Assembly (NCBI GenBank): GCA_964291405.2 | Contig: OZ219926.1 | Location: 1,184,001 to 1,248,000 of the forward strand | Direction of reading: 5' to 3' | DNA: 64,000 bases | DNA from: Thermodesulfobacteriota bacterium | GTDB lineage: Bacteria > Desulfobacterota > Binatia > Bin18 | Shown: positions 18,989-29,047 of the stretch, one piece after another | Numbering within the stretch: position 1 is the stretch's first letter | How the letters are laid out: each line of letters opens with the position of its first letter | Position numbers and translations under genes: made by a program | Notes under the pieces: generated by a model | Told to the model about the DNA's origin: nothing | Databases searched by the model: none | What the model saw: the letters and a program-made list of their open reading frames with translations, nothing else

Positions 18989-20182
18989 TTATTTGAGCGG
19001 CGGTACGATCTCGCTCGGGTCGAGCCCGAGTTCCAGGGTGCCGACGCTGGACAGACAGTAATCGCTGGGCGGAAACTGGACCGGACCAACGGCGCCGTCC
19101 CGGAACAGCCGCTCAAGCGGGACGGTCTTGAAAAGCGTATGGGCGCCGCCCAGCGTGAGCGCCGTCCGCGTAATCCGCGCCCCGGCCTCGCCAACCAGAT
19201 ACTTGGCACGGAACAGCGCCGCCACAGTCTCCGGGGTCGGCCCCTGGGTGTCGCTGAGCCAGGCCGAATGGTAGGTCAGCAGCCGGGCGGCCTCCAGATC
19301 CACGCTCATGTCCGCCACACGCCGGCGCACATCCGGATGGTAGGCCATCGGCTGGGTATAGCCCCGCGGGACCCGTTCCTGCACCAGTTCACGCACGACA
19401 TTGTAGGCGGCCGCGGCCACACCCAGATACACCGCCGTATAGGAGGCCCACAGCCAGTTCGCCCCGCTACGGATGAACGGCAGGATGTCGTCGGTCTGGT
19501 AGAGTACGGCGTCCTGAGACACGAAACAGTCTTCGAGAATCAGAGAGTCGCTGCGTGTCGCCCGCATGCCGAGCGTATCCCATACCTCGTCGACACGCCG
19601 TCCCGGCGCCCGGCGTGGAACCATCAGCAGGAGAGCGGCCCCCGGCTTATCGATCTCCTCGGGATGCGCCAGCACGGCACAGAAGTCAGCCGCCTCCAAC
19701 ATGGAGGCAAACGCTTTTCTGCCTGTGATCTGATACCCGCCCGCCACCTGCCGGGCGCGCGTGGCCGGCCGGTAGGTGGCCAGCAGTCCGGACGTCCTCG
19801 GCTCGGAGAAGTTCCCGGCAATCAGCCTTTCCTCTTTGACGACCAGATCGGCCAGGCGCTGCTTGGTGGTCGGAGGGACGATTGGACTCTCGAACAGGGG
19901 ACCGATGATCGAGAGATGCATATTGAACGAGAGAGCCGTGGCCGGACAGCCCTGGGCGAGTTCCTCGGCCGCCAGGGAGTAGTCGAGCAGCCCGACGCCC
20001 TCCCCTCCCATCTCGGTGGGAACATTGAGGCTGTAGAATCCCTCCCGGCGCAGGGCCGCGTAGTTTTCCAGCGGATGGCTGGCTTCCTGATCATGCTCGG
20101 CGGCGCGGGTGGCGAAGTCTGCTGCCAGCCGCCGGCTCCGCTGCTGGAGGCGTGTCCCTGCTTCGCTGACCTGAAAGTTCAT
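18989..20182 (-). CDS. acyl-CoA dehydrogenase family protein
   Basis: NFSEP, ITGRKAFAS, WDTLGMRATRS, LERLFRD. Confidence 0.9.
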   Translation of the reverse strand: MNFQVSEAGTRLQQRSRRLAADFATRAAEHDQEASHPLENYAALRREGFYSLNVPTEMGGEGVGLLDYSLAAEELAQGCPATALSFNMHLSIIGPLFESPIVPPTTKQRLADLVVKEERLIAGNFSEPRTSGLLATYRPATRARQVAGGYQITGRKAFASMLEAADFCAVLAHPEEIDKPGAALLLMVPRRAPGRRVDEVWDTLGMRATRSDSLILEDCFVSQDAVLYQTDDILPFIRSGANWLWASYTAVYLGVAAAAYNVVRELVQERVPRGYTQPMAYHPDVRRRVADMSVDLEAARLLTYHSAWLSDTQGPTPETVAALFRAKYLVGEAGARITRTALTLGGAHTLFKTVPLERLFRDGAVGPVQFPPSDYCLSSVGTLELGLDPSEIVPPLK

Positions 20183-20367
20183 GACCGCCCTCCTTTGTTC
20201 AGCTCCGAGGTCAGGCTGTCCAGAATCGGGAAAGAGTCCTACACCCTAAGGCTTTATCTCCCCACCGGAGCCTGCCTGTCAACCCAACAGCCCCCGGGCA
20301 AGAAAATTTATTCCGCCGCAAAGCGACAACGCGGCGTCCATTGTATTCCCGGCCGAGATGAAGCAGG

Positions 20368-21654
20368 ATGGCGTCATATTCAAGGACAGCACGTCAGACG
20401 AGGGACGCGATGCAAGACAGTACAGACACACACGTCAATGGCAAACGCTGGACGCTCGACCACCCAGAGCTCGGAACCGGACCTCTTCCCATCGCGCCCT
20501 ATCTTTCCGCAGAGTATTTTGAGCAGGAGCGCGAGAAAATTTTTACCCGCACCTGGATGTGTACGGGCAAAAAAGTCGAAGAAATTCCGCAGCCGGGCGA
20601 CTATCTGGTGCTGGATATTGCGGTCGGCAAAACCTCGGTCCTCCTCGTCCGGGGCAAAGACGGCCGGGTGCGCGGGTTTCACAACGTGTGTAAACATCGT
20701 GGTAATCGACTGGCCTGGAACGACCGTGGCGCGTGCGGGGCCGGGTTGACGTGTCGCTTCCACGGCTGGACCTATGCCGCGGACGGCCGCCTGATCGGGG
20801 TGCCGGAAGAAGATATGTTCTTTGACTTTGACAAACGGGACTACGGCCTGAGTCCGATTGCCACGGATGTCTGGGAAGGCTTTATCTTTATCAACCTCGA
20901 TCCCGACCCGCCGGAAACGCTGCACCAGTATTTAGGTGAAGTGGTTGACCTGCTGCGCGGCTATGCGTTCGACCGCCTGCCGCTGAGTTGGTCGTATACG
21001 GCCGAGCAGAAGTGCAACTGGCGGATTCTGCGCGACTCACAGCTCGAGTTCTATCACGGCAAAGCGCTGCATCAGCAGTTCGCCGGCAAGGTGATGATAA
21101 ATAAGCAGCAGCCGTCCTGCCACGTCCTCGACGCCAAACTCTTTCGTCGCCACAGCATGATGTCGTTTTACGGCGACCGCCGGAATACCCAACGCACGCC
21201 CATGGAGCTGTTGATGGCCCAATTCGGGGCCAGCTTCAAAACCTTTCCCAGTGCGCGGGATATGGACCGCTGGCCCCTGGGGGTCAATCCCACGCGCAGC
21301 AGACAGTGGTTCTTTGATATTTATTATATCTTTCCCAATTTTCATCTGGTGATTCTGAGTCCCTTTCTGTTTGTCGCCCATACCATGTTGCCGGAGACGG
21401 TGAATCGCTCGACCTGGAACGCGCGGGGCTATTTCCCGCAGCCCACGACTGCCGCAGAGACGGTGACGCGCGAATATAATAAATGCCTGGCGCGGGACGT
21501 GTGGCTGGAAGACGGCAGTACCCTGGAAAACACCCAGCGCGGGATCGAGTCGGGCGTCCTCGGCCAGTATCCGGTGCAGGACCAGGAACTACTGATCCGC
21601 CACGCCCATAAGGTGGCGGAAGAACTGCTCGCCGGCGACGGGCAAGCGGGGTGA
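20368..21654 (+). CDS. Rieske ring-hydroxylating oxygenase alpha subunit ('type B'); start may be 20410
   Basis: CKHRG...CRFHGW; DSQLEFYHGKALH; paralog of 51421-52638. Confidence 0.92.
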   Translation: MASYSRTARQTRDAMQDSTDTHVNGKRWTLDHPELGTGPLPIAPYLSAEYFEQEREKIFTRTWMCTGKKVEEIPQPGDYLVLDIAVGKTSVLLVRGKDGRVRGFHNVCKHRGNRLAWNDRGACGAGLTCRFHGWTYAADGRLIGVPEEDMFFDFDKRDYGLSPIATDVWEGFIFINLDPDPPETLHQYLGEVVDLLRGYAFDRLPLSWSYTAEQKCNWRILRDSQLEFYHGKALHQQFAGKVMINKQQPSCHVLDAKLFRRHSMMSFYGDRRNTQRTPMELLMAQFGASFKTFPSARDMDRWPLGVNPTRSRQWFFDIYYIFPNFHLVILSPFLFVAHTMLPETVNRSTWNARGYFPQPTTAAETVTREYNKCLARDVWLEDGSTLENTQRGIESGVLGQYPVQDQELLIRHAHKVAEELLAGDGQAG

Positions 21655-21657
21655 GGG

Positions 21658-22008
21658 ATGTCCGCTACGAGCCTGCCCGAGGCGTTCGCCGACCTTGAGC
21701 CGCTGGCCGCGGTCTGGGCGCTGGCGACCGAAACCGAGCGCAACCAGCAGCGCCTCAGCAGCACCATGGCGCAGATTCAAGCCTTGTACGACACCCTGCT
21801 GCCCCGCATGGAGGCCGTCCTCACCTATCTGAGTCAATTCCCACCAGAGCCGCCAGACGCGCTGCCCCAAGAGGCCCGGCGGCTCTTATACCTGGCCCTG
21901 GCCATGGCCGAAATCACAACTGCCGTGGAACTCCATCAACAGCCCAGCGTACCCGCCGGTTTCGATCCGCAGCGCTTTATTCCCGACCACGAGCGAACGA
22001 AACGATAG
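21658..22008 (+). CDS. conserved small protein coupled to Rieske type B
   Basis: LPxxFxDLEP..WAL..E..R motif; clear paralog at 51073-51417 in the same context. Confidence 0.8.
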   Translation: MSATSLPEAFADLEPLAAVWALATETERNQQRLSSTMAQIQALYDTLLPRMEAVLTYLSQFPPEPPDALPQEARRLLYLALAMAEITTAVELHQQPSVPAGFDPQRFIPDHERTKR

Positions 22009-22009
22009 C

Positions 22010-23053
22010 TCAGCTCAGGGCCGCATTCACCTCTTCGTCCAGGTCGACCAAGGCAGGTGGACTGACGATGGTTCCGTCCTTGACGATTTCCTGGCCAGCG
22101 ATTGATATCGATTGCAGCGACATAACCGCGTCGGGATGGTTTTCCCCCCCGCCCGGCATCCACGGGGGCAAACCCAGGCCGATGGCGTTGTAGCCGGTGA
22201 TGCGCTGATCTTCGATGAACGATTTCCCGGTAAAGCGAGCCCCTGGGTGGAGACCACAAGAAAAGTGGACCACATAGCCAAATTCTCCACCTCCGGCTCG
22301 GCGCAGAGCACGCTCCATCACCCGCCGTTCCGGCCCGCCACCGGTCACCTCCTGAATCTTTCCGTTCAGGGCGAGGCTGAGGGGTTCGGCCATGGTCGTA
22401 TAGTACTCATGGAAGACGGTCTCACATTTGATCACGCCGCGGACTGACTCCAACTCTGGAATCAAGACCACCGTACCCGGAACAAAATACCCACCCGGCT
22501 CTTCGGCTTTGGCCAGCGCAAACCCATCCGGCTCGGCCAGGGTAAAGGTGACGTCCGTGCCCAGGCGGTTGGTAATGTGGCACTCCTTCCCGCTCGCCTC
22601 GCCGACGAGCGCGCCAAAGGCATTCGAGAGGGCAAAGAGTTGGTCGAGCTTACCCTTGCCCAGCAGGCGCGCTAACCCACCGGCCCCAATATCGGCGCCC
22701 AGGAAATAGCGGGTTCGCTGGTTTTGCATGGCCGAGTCAAAAGCCTTGGAGCCGGCCAGATAGGGAAAGCACAGATCAATCCAGACATCACATTCCCGGA
22801 CTGCCGCCTTGAAGTGATCGGGCAGGTAGGCGTCGGCCAGCGCGCCCTGATACGGCAGCCGCGGCGCAAGTACGATCGTTGCGACCTTTGCCCCTATACT
22901 GCAGCAGGCGTTTTGGACTGCTTCCACAGCGGGCATGTCCGTACTCGTATCGGCCGAGATCAGGACACTCTCGCCTGCTTTGATACACATCATATCCGCC
23001 GCCAGTACCCAGGCGGCGCTGGCTAACTCCGGAGTAATCCCGTTGTTCATCAT
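22010..23053 (-). CDS. NicX-like / aminopeptidase (M29)-fold protein
   Basis: KAGESVLISADT N-terminus, GTDVTF, VHFSCG and NHPD candidate His/His/Asp ligands; paralog at 49165. Confidence 0.7.
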   Translation of the reverse strand: MMNNGITPELASAAWVLAADMMCIKAGESVLISADTSTDMPAVEAVQNACCSIGAKVATIVLAPRLPYQGALADAYLPDHFKAAVRECDVWIDLCFPYLAGSKAFDSAMQNQRTRYFLGADIGAGGLARLLGKGKLDQLFALSNAFGALVGEASGKECHITNRLGTDVTFTLAEPDGFALAKAEEPGGYFVPGTVVLIPELESVRGVIKCETVFHEYYTTMAEPLSLALNGKIQEVTGGGPERRVMERALRRAGGGEFGYVVHFSCGLHPGARFTGKSFIEDQRITGYNAIGLGLPPWMPGGGENHPDAVMSLQSISIAGQEIVKDGTIVSPPALVDLDEEVNAALS

Positions 23054-23065
23054 GACGCTTACCTC

Positions 23066-23361
23066 TTAATCGGTCGGTTCGTTCTCAAAACCAATCCGCT
23101 TCATATTGTACGTAATCATATTATGCACAGCCGCTTCATATCTGGAGAACGGCCCAGGCCGATAGGCTTGTGATTTAAAGCCCCGCTGTAAGGATTGGAC
23201 CATACCGACATCTTCCCCCAGAACCGTATGTATGAACTCCTCATAGATCGCCACTTTTTCCTGAAAATCTTGCTGGGCAAGTAGATGTAGCCTGGTAGGT
23301 GCCGAGCTTGCGGCCGCGGCGGGAGCGTATACTCGTGTTGCTGTGCCTGCTGTGTACCCAT
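23066..23361 (-). pseudogene. internally deleted Rieske type A oxygenase
   Basis: N-terminus QARHLPGYIY fused out of frame to C-terminus DFQEKVAIYEEFIHTVLGEDVGMVQSLQRGFKSQAYRPGPFSRYEAAVHN; both halves match 48026-49153. Confidence 0.88.
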
Positions 23362-23366
23362 GATCT

Positions 23367-23403
23367 TCCTCTCGATGAATAGATCTATCCTCTCGATGAA
23401 TAG
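23367..23403. repeat. 16-bp direct repeat TCCTCTCGATGAATAG x2
   Basis: Copies at 23367-23382 and 23388-23403; covers the RBS of the remnant gene. Confidence 0.8.
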
Positions 23404-23413
23404 CAGCGAACAG

Positions 23414-24454
23414 CTACGCGCTCTTTTGAAAATGGGGCATCACTTCTTTGGCAAAGAGCCGCATGGCCCGGACCGTTTTCGCATGCTCTACCCCAGGGAA
23501 CTGCATCCAGCACAGCAGATAATCCATGCCTAGTTCTTGCTGGTATTTCTCGATCTCCCGAATACAATGATCCGGGTCACCGATAATGAAACGCTCCCGG
23601 TGGGTGTCAAAGGTCACGGTTGCCGGGTCCTTGACCAACTCGCCCTTATCGTCTTTGAGCGGTCGGACGTTGGCCCACTTGCCGTACATCCCGGCGTGCA
23701 GATACATGATGCCCTCCCGGGCCTCTTCTTCGGCTTGGGCCGTGGTCTCGGCAACATAGACCTCGCGAATGACCGGCGTGGCGCTGGCCGTCTTATTGAA
23801 CCGCTGGAGCTGCTGCCGGTACATCCGATAGTGCTCTTTCAACTCATTGATATGATGCCGGGGAGAAGCTACCAAGGCTGAGCCCCACTGGGCCGCCCGG
23901 CGCACCCCGCCGCGGGTTGAGGCACCGATCCAGATCGGCGGGTGCGGCTGTTGGACGGGCTTAGGGGTAATGGACAGGTCTTCCACCTGGTAGTACTGGC
24001 CCGAAAACGAGAAGCGCTCAGTCGTCCAGCCTCGAATCATCAGATCGAGCTGTTCTTCCATCCGTGGCTCACGCCCCGAACGCTGTTCTTCATACGCGGC
24101 GAACTCCTCCGGCCGATAGCCGGTCGCGACGCCGAGGATAAAACGACCTGCGGCGATATTATCGAGCACCGCCACGTCCTCGGCGGTCTGGACCGGCCGA
24201 TGGAGCGGCAAGAGATACATACTCGTCCCGATGATGAGCTTTGAAGTCCGTGCGGCCATAGCCGCCGCCGTTACCAAGAGCGAGGGGCAGATACCGTCTT
24301 CCAGAAAGTGGTGCTCGACGAGCCAGGCCGATTCAAACCCAATCTCTTCGGCAATGACAATCTGGTCCAGCATCTCGCGATAGAGCTGCTCATGGGTCTG
24401 GCCGGAGCCTGGCCGGAGCTGCATAGAGAACGGACCGATCCCGAATCGCATCAT
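23414..24454 (-). CDS. LLM-class flavin-dependent oxidoreductase
   Basis: WLVEHHF, PVQTAED, PKPVQQPHPPIWIG, LFAKEVMP. Confidence 0.93.
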   Translation of the reverse strand: MMRFGIGPFSMQLRPGSGQTHEQLYREMLDQIVIAEEIGFESAWLVEHHFLEDGICPSLLVTAAAMAARTSKLIIGTSMYLLPLHRPVQTAEDVAVLDNIAAGRFILGVATGYRPEEFAAYEEQRSGREPRMEEQLDLMIRGWTTERFSFSGQYYQVEDLSITPKPVQQPHPPIWIGASTRGGVRRAAQWGSALVASPRHHINELKEHYRMYRQQLQRFNKTASATPVIREVYVAETTAQAEEEAREGIMYLHAGMYGKWANVRPLKDDKGELVKDPATVTFDTHRERFIIGDPDHCIREIEKYQQELGMDYLLCWMQFPGVEHAKTVRAMRLFAKEVMPHFQKSA

Positions 24455-24611
24455 ACCCTGCCCTCCTTTGGTGAAGCCATTAAAATTATTCTCCTCTGAA
24501 AAAGGGCTGTCAACGTTTGGATGGACCGAAGTTGGCTCTTAATTCACCGTTGGTCTGACCGTTCTTGCATGGCTGGCGGGCCGTAGCCGGCCATCAACTG
24601 ATCCACAATAG

Positions 24612-24792
24612 CAGGACTCGGCATTAGATGTCGAGGACATTCCGCCGGCCTTTTTCACCAATATTGACCACTGGGTGCGCATGTCCCTGGCCCATATGAT
24701 CTTCGGTGGCGTCTTCGAGCGCTATCCGCGCCTGCGGGTCGTTTCTGTAGAGCAAGAGCTGTCGTGGGCCCCACATTTCTTGAACCGGCTGG
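24612..24792 (+). pseudogene. internal amidohydrolase_2 fragment inserted antisense into the hpaB-like gene
   Basis: + strand reads ...HWVRMSLAHMIFGGVFERYPRLRVVSVEQELSWAPHFLNRL. Confidence 0.8.
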
Positions 24793-24811
24793 TGGAACTC
24801 GTCCCACGGTC

Positions 24812-24871
24812 TCCCGATAGGCGTGGCCGCGTACAATGACGGATCCCGATAGGCGTGGCCGCGTACAATGA
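24812..24871. repeat. 28-bp direct repeat (32-nt period) inside the hpaB-like gene
   Basis: TCCCGATAGGCGTGGCCGCGTACAATGA at 24812-24839 and 24844-24871. Confidence 0.9.
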
Positions 24872-26492
24872 ATGAGGCCCCGGCATAGAACTTCTCATAC
24901 TGCTGATGCCGGCCCGCGAACTCGGAGCCGACCATATCCCAGGCCAGCTTGAACAGCTTCATGCGTGCTACCGCGTCTGCCTGGGGTGTCTGAAAGTAGG
25001 CTTCAAACTGCTCGGCGAGTTTTTCGTCCTCCATGACCGAGATATCCGCCGGCATCTGAAACACGCCCCCACCGCACAGATCACGCAGTTGGTCGATAAA
25101 CTGGCTATAGTTCTGGGTGCACCAGTCGAGGGCCGCGTACATCATCCGCCGGTTAAAACACACATGGCCGTCCGGCCAGCTCTCACAGGCGTTGATCTGG
25201 CCGTGTACCATGCCGGCAATGGCACCCTCGACCGAAGCCATTTTGCCAAGCGTCTCTTGCACGGTCGGAATTTGAGCTGCGCCGGTTGTGTGGGCAATCT
25301 TGCTACACAGGCCGAGCAGCAGGCGCATCTTCGACCAGTACCGCACGTTGGACTGGTGATTGCCAAAGCAGTGGCTCGGGGTCTTGAGATAGATGTCCCG
25401 CGATAGCACCGCATCGTTGTGAACAAAAACCTTCTCCCAGGGCACCTTCACCTGGTCGCACATGACCATGCTGTCGGTTTCGTCGTATCGATAGGCCAGT
25501 GGTGAATCAAACTCCGAACGGCATGCCGCTTCCATGGATTTACGCGACCACAGACTCAGCCCTGGGGCGTTGCACGGCACGGCGCACGTAATCGCCTCTT
25601 TTTTCTGGTCAGGCGACAGGGGGATGACATTCCCGATCCAGATATCATTGGCGAACACCGCGCCCGTCGCCAGCATCTTCATGCCGGAAATAATTACGCC
25701 GTCGTCTTCCTCACGGACGACACGGAGGGTGGGGACCGGCAGATTCTGGCGCTGATAGAACTCCGGGTCTCGGGCGGCCTGGGGAGGCAGCACGGCGTAG
25801 ACAGTGTAGATATCGTTATCGCGCACGTAGCGATAATAGGCGAGCAGATTGTCCGGATTGCCGCACGGCGGCTTGAGTTCATCCGGCTTCATGGCCATAC
25901 CGGTTACAAAGCTGGCTACGTGGTCGGGCGAACGACCGAACATGCCGTATGTCAGGTCCGCGATTTTTCGGTGCCCGACCATCCGGCGTTGCAGGTCGTC
26001 GCGCGTCTTGGCCCGCAAATAGTAAATCGAGTGCCGGCTGCCGTCCTCTTCGAAGGTCAGCGTCTCGCGATTTGCCGGGTCCGCCTTCATATCGTAAATG
26101 GCAGCCACCGTGCGGGCAGCGTTGCGGAACGCCGAATGGGTGGTGACATCCTCGACTCGTTCGCTGCCAATATAGACCACCCGTCCATCCTGAAGGGACT
26201 CCAAATGCTCCTGACCGGTCTTCAGCATGGGCCTCTCCTTTACGTCGGCTCAGTATGAGCCGTGCATAGCACGCATTGGGGGCGAAATCGCGTTAGCCAC
26301 TCAATTGAATATGAGAGGAGGCAGCGGGAGGACGCCCCTCACAGCAGGTGATGGCATATGAACTAAAGGGGAGAGTCTTGCTTGACTTTTGCCGCCAACT
26401 GACCCAGTTTCTCTCCAATAGTTGTCGTTGTCTGGATGAGTCCACCATCACTGAAGAGCGCACGCACGGGCGCACGCAATAAGGAACGTCAG

Positions 26493-27689
26493 ATGTACGA
26501 AATGTTATCCGGCCTTCGCGTGGTCGAAATGGGCCATATTGCCCTTGGCCCCCTAGCTTCCCAGATGTTGGGTGACTACGGCGCGGAAGTCATCAAAATC
26601 GAGCCGCCAAGCGGCGATGTGTACCGCGCCCTCGGAGTAAGCCGCAACCAGGGCATGAGCGCCCAATGGATGGCTTGCAATCGCAACAAACGCAGCGTGG
26701 CCATCGACCTCAAGCGGGAGGAAGGCCGGGAGCTGCTGCGCGACTTACTGAAGACGGCGGACGCGTTCCTCCACAACATGCGTCCACCCGCTGTTCGCCG
26801 CTTAGGCTTCGACTACGCGGCGGTGCGCAAAATCAATCCCGACATCGTCTACTGCTTCTCCGGCGGCTTCGGACAGAATGGTCCGTATAAGGATTACCCG
26901 GCGTTCGACGACATCATCCAAGCGTACTCGGGCATCGCTGCTGTCAATAGCCTGCAGACAGGACAACCCGAACTGGTCCCCATGGTGATGTGCGACACCA
27001 TGACTGGACAAGCGCTCGGACAAGCCCTCCTCGCAGGGCTGCTCAGTCGTCAACTGCACGGCGAAGGAGTCTGCATCGAAGTACCGATGTACGAGTTGGT
27101 TGTGAGCGCGCTCATGAATCAACACCTGAACGGCAAAGGCTTCGTTCCCGCGGAAGGGCCACTGGGTTACAACCGCGTGCTGAACCCATCAAGACGTCCG
27201 TGTCGAACGAAAGACGGCTTCATGGTGCACGGCGTCTACAAGGTCGAGAACTGGCGCAAGGTGTGCGAGGCGGTGGGCCGCCACGATTTGCTCGATAGCG
27301 GCATGCTGGACGACCAGCACACCGTCGCGGCCAACATCTCGACCCTGTACAAAATCATGCTCGAAGAGATCATGCCGCAACGCACGAATACCGAATGGGT
27401 CGCTCTCTTCAATGCATTGGACATTCCTTACGCTGAAGTCCAGCAGCTGGACACGTTAATGGACGACGCGCACTTGCGTGCCGTTGGGTTGTTCGAAGAA
27501 TATGAGCATCCGACAGAAGGCACCGTGCGGCAAATTCGCCAACCGATCAATGTGACTGGACGTGATCGCTGCGGCGACCGGCCACCGCCGCAGGTCGGCC
27601 AAGACACCGTCACCGTCTTGAACGAGCTGTACGGCGATGAGGACCATGTGCGCCAGCTCATCGATGACGGTATTGTCGTCGCCAAGTAA
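26493..27689 (+). CDS. CaiB/BaiF CoA-transferase
   Basis: YGAEVIKIEPP, NRNKRS, HNMRP, catalytic Asp in MCD. Confidence 0.92.
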   Translation: MYEMLSGLRVVEMGHIALGPLASQMLGDYGAEVIKIEPPSGDVYRALGVSRNQGMSAQWMACNRNKRSVAIDLKREEGRELLRDLLKTADAFLHNMRPPAVRRLGFDYAAVRKINPDIVYCFSGGFGQNGPYKDYPAFDDIIQAYSGIAAVNSLQTGQPELVPMVMCDTMTGQALGQALLAGLLSRQLHGEGVCIEVPMYELVVSALMNQHLNGKGFVPAEGPLGYNRVLNPSRRPCRTKDGFMVHGVYKVENWRKVCEAVGRHDLLDSGMLDDQHTVAANISTLYKIMLEEIMPQRTNTEWVALFNALDIPYAEVQQLDTLMDDAHLRAVGLFEEYEHPTEGTVRQIRQPINVTGRDRCGDRPPPQVGQDTVTVLNELYGDEDHVRQLIDDGIVVAK

Positions 27690-27760
27690 ACACCGGCGAA
27701 GGAATCGAAAGTGGTACAATTCATTCTGCACGCGTAACTGTTGCCGAGGAGTAAACGTCC

Positions 27761-29023
27761 ATGCCTGCTCACGATAAAAACGTCGAGTTTGACGCGGCCG
27801 CCATCGCACCGGTGCGTTACGGCACGCCGGAAATGGAAGCCCTGTTAGCCGCAATTGGGGAGAGTGCGGCGGCGAGTAAAGCGGCCGGAAAGAACCCTTT
27901 TCCCGCGATCGATCTGGTGCGCGATTCACGCCTTGGCGCGCTCAGAGTCCCGGTCGACCAGGGCGGCGGCGGTTGTACGGTACGAGAATATTTCGCCATG
28001 TTAATGGATCTCGCGGCTGCGGATTCCGATGTTGCCCAGATCTTGCGCGTGCATTTCTGGTTTACCGAGGAGCGTCTGCGCACACCAGACGAAACCGTAC
28101 GGCAACGTTGGTTGTCACGCGTTGTGGCCGGCAAGATATTCGGCAACGCATTTACCGAGGTTGGCACCAAAGAAAAAGCCGGCAGCTTTGCGATGCAGAC
28201 TCGCCTTGAGCCGGTGGACAATGGCTACAGGCTGAACGGCACCAAATACTTTTGTACCGGCAGCTTGTTTTCTGATTGGGTCCTGGTGGCGGCATCAACA
28301 CCGGAAGGCAAAATCGTCAATGTCGTCGTGCCATGCGGTCGCGCGGGGGTGACGTTCGAGGACGATTGGGACGGCGTCGGCCAACGCTTTACGGGCAGCG
28401 GGACCGGCCGATTCGAAAATGTCGCGGTCGCGCAAGAAGAAATATTGCGACAAACGAAGTCAGCGCACACCGCGGTCGACGAAACGCCCTTGCCGACAAA
28501 TACCTACATAGGCGGTCAGTTTTTGCAGCTTATCTTGACCGCGATCGTGGTCGGTAATATGCGGAACGTCGTCGCCGACGCGATTCGCCTGGTGCGCACG
28601 CGGAAACGGACGTTTACCCACGCGAGTGCCGATACTGCCGCCGCAGATCCGCAATTCCAGGAAATGATCGGGCGCTTGTCGAGCTCGACGCTCGCGGCTG
28701 AGGCGACTGTTCTCGCTGCCGCGGAGGCGCAAGGGCTGGCGCTCGATTCCGCCAACCAGGGCCAGATCGATTTCGAACTCGCCCATCGCGCCTCCTTACT
28801 CTCGGCGCAAGCCAAAGTCTTTATCGACGAAATCGCGCCGCGCGTGGCGAGTCTGATGTACGAACTCGGTGGCGCGTCTTCGACTTTGCGGACAACCGGA
28901 CTCGACGAACACTGGCGCAACATCGTGACCCTCTCGTCGCATAATCCTGCGGCGTTCAAGGCACGTGCGATCGGGGATTATCTGGTCAACGGGACGAAGT
29001 TGCCGGCGAATTTGTATTTTTAG
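27761..29023 (+). CDS. acyl-CoA dehydrogenase-like flavin monooxygenase (DszC/SfnB-like)
   Basis: LNGTKYFCTGSL, DDWDGVGQRFTGSG, HWRN...SHNP. Confidence 0.87.
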   Translation: MPAHDKNVEFDAAAIAPVRYGTPEMEALLAAIGESAAASKAAGKNPFPAIDLVRDSRLGALRVPVDQGGGGCTVREYFAMLMDLAAADSDVAQILRVHFWFTEERLRTPDETVRQRWLSRVVAGKIFGNAFTEVGTKEKAGSFAMQTRLEPVDNGYRLNGTKYFCTGSLFSDWVLVAASTPEGKIVNVVVPCGRAGVTFEDDWDGVGQRFTGSGTGRFENVAVAQEEILRQTKSAHTAVDETPLPTNTYIGGQFLQLILTAIVVGNMRNVVADAIRLVRTRKRTFTHASADTAAADPQFQEMIGRLSSSTLAAEATVLAAAEAQGLALDSANQGQIDFELAHRASLLSAQAKVFIDEIAPRVASLMYELGGASSTLRTTGLDEHWRNIVTLSSHNPAAFKARAIGDYLVNGTKLPANLYF

Positions 29024-29047
29024 GAGGAGCGCTGGCAGGGGTGAGTC

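Larger units (their letters stand above)
24544..26228 (-). pseudogene. HpaB-family (4-hydroxyphenylacetate 3-monooxygenase-like) oxygenase with disrupted 3' end
   Basis: MLKTGQEHLESLQDGRVVY, GRSPDH, GMKMLAT, YDETD, RHQQYEKFYAG; putative native tail IVDQLMAGY...* stranded at 24544-24610 behind an insertion; current ORF ends at 24624. Confidence 0.8.

Noticed and set aside
18962-20749. 595-aa + strand ORF
   Set aside because: Antisense shadow of the acyl-CoA dehydrogenase; no recognisable motifs; typical of GC-rich DNA
26400-26490. Possible riboswitch or ribozyme (CTGGATGAG / CTGAAGAG)
   Set aside because: Could not build the required stems or consensus for hammerhead, fluoride or SAM elements
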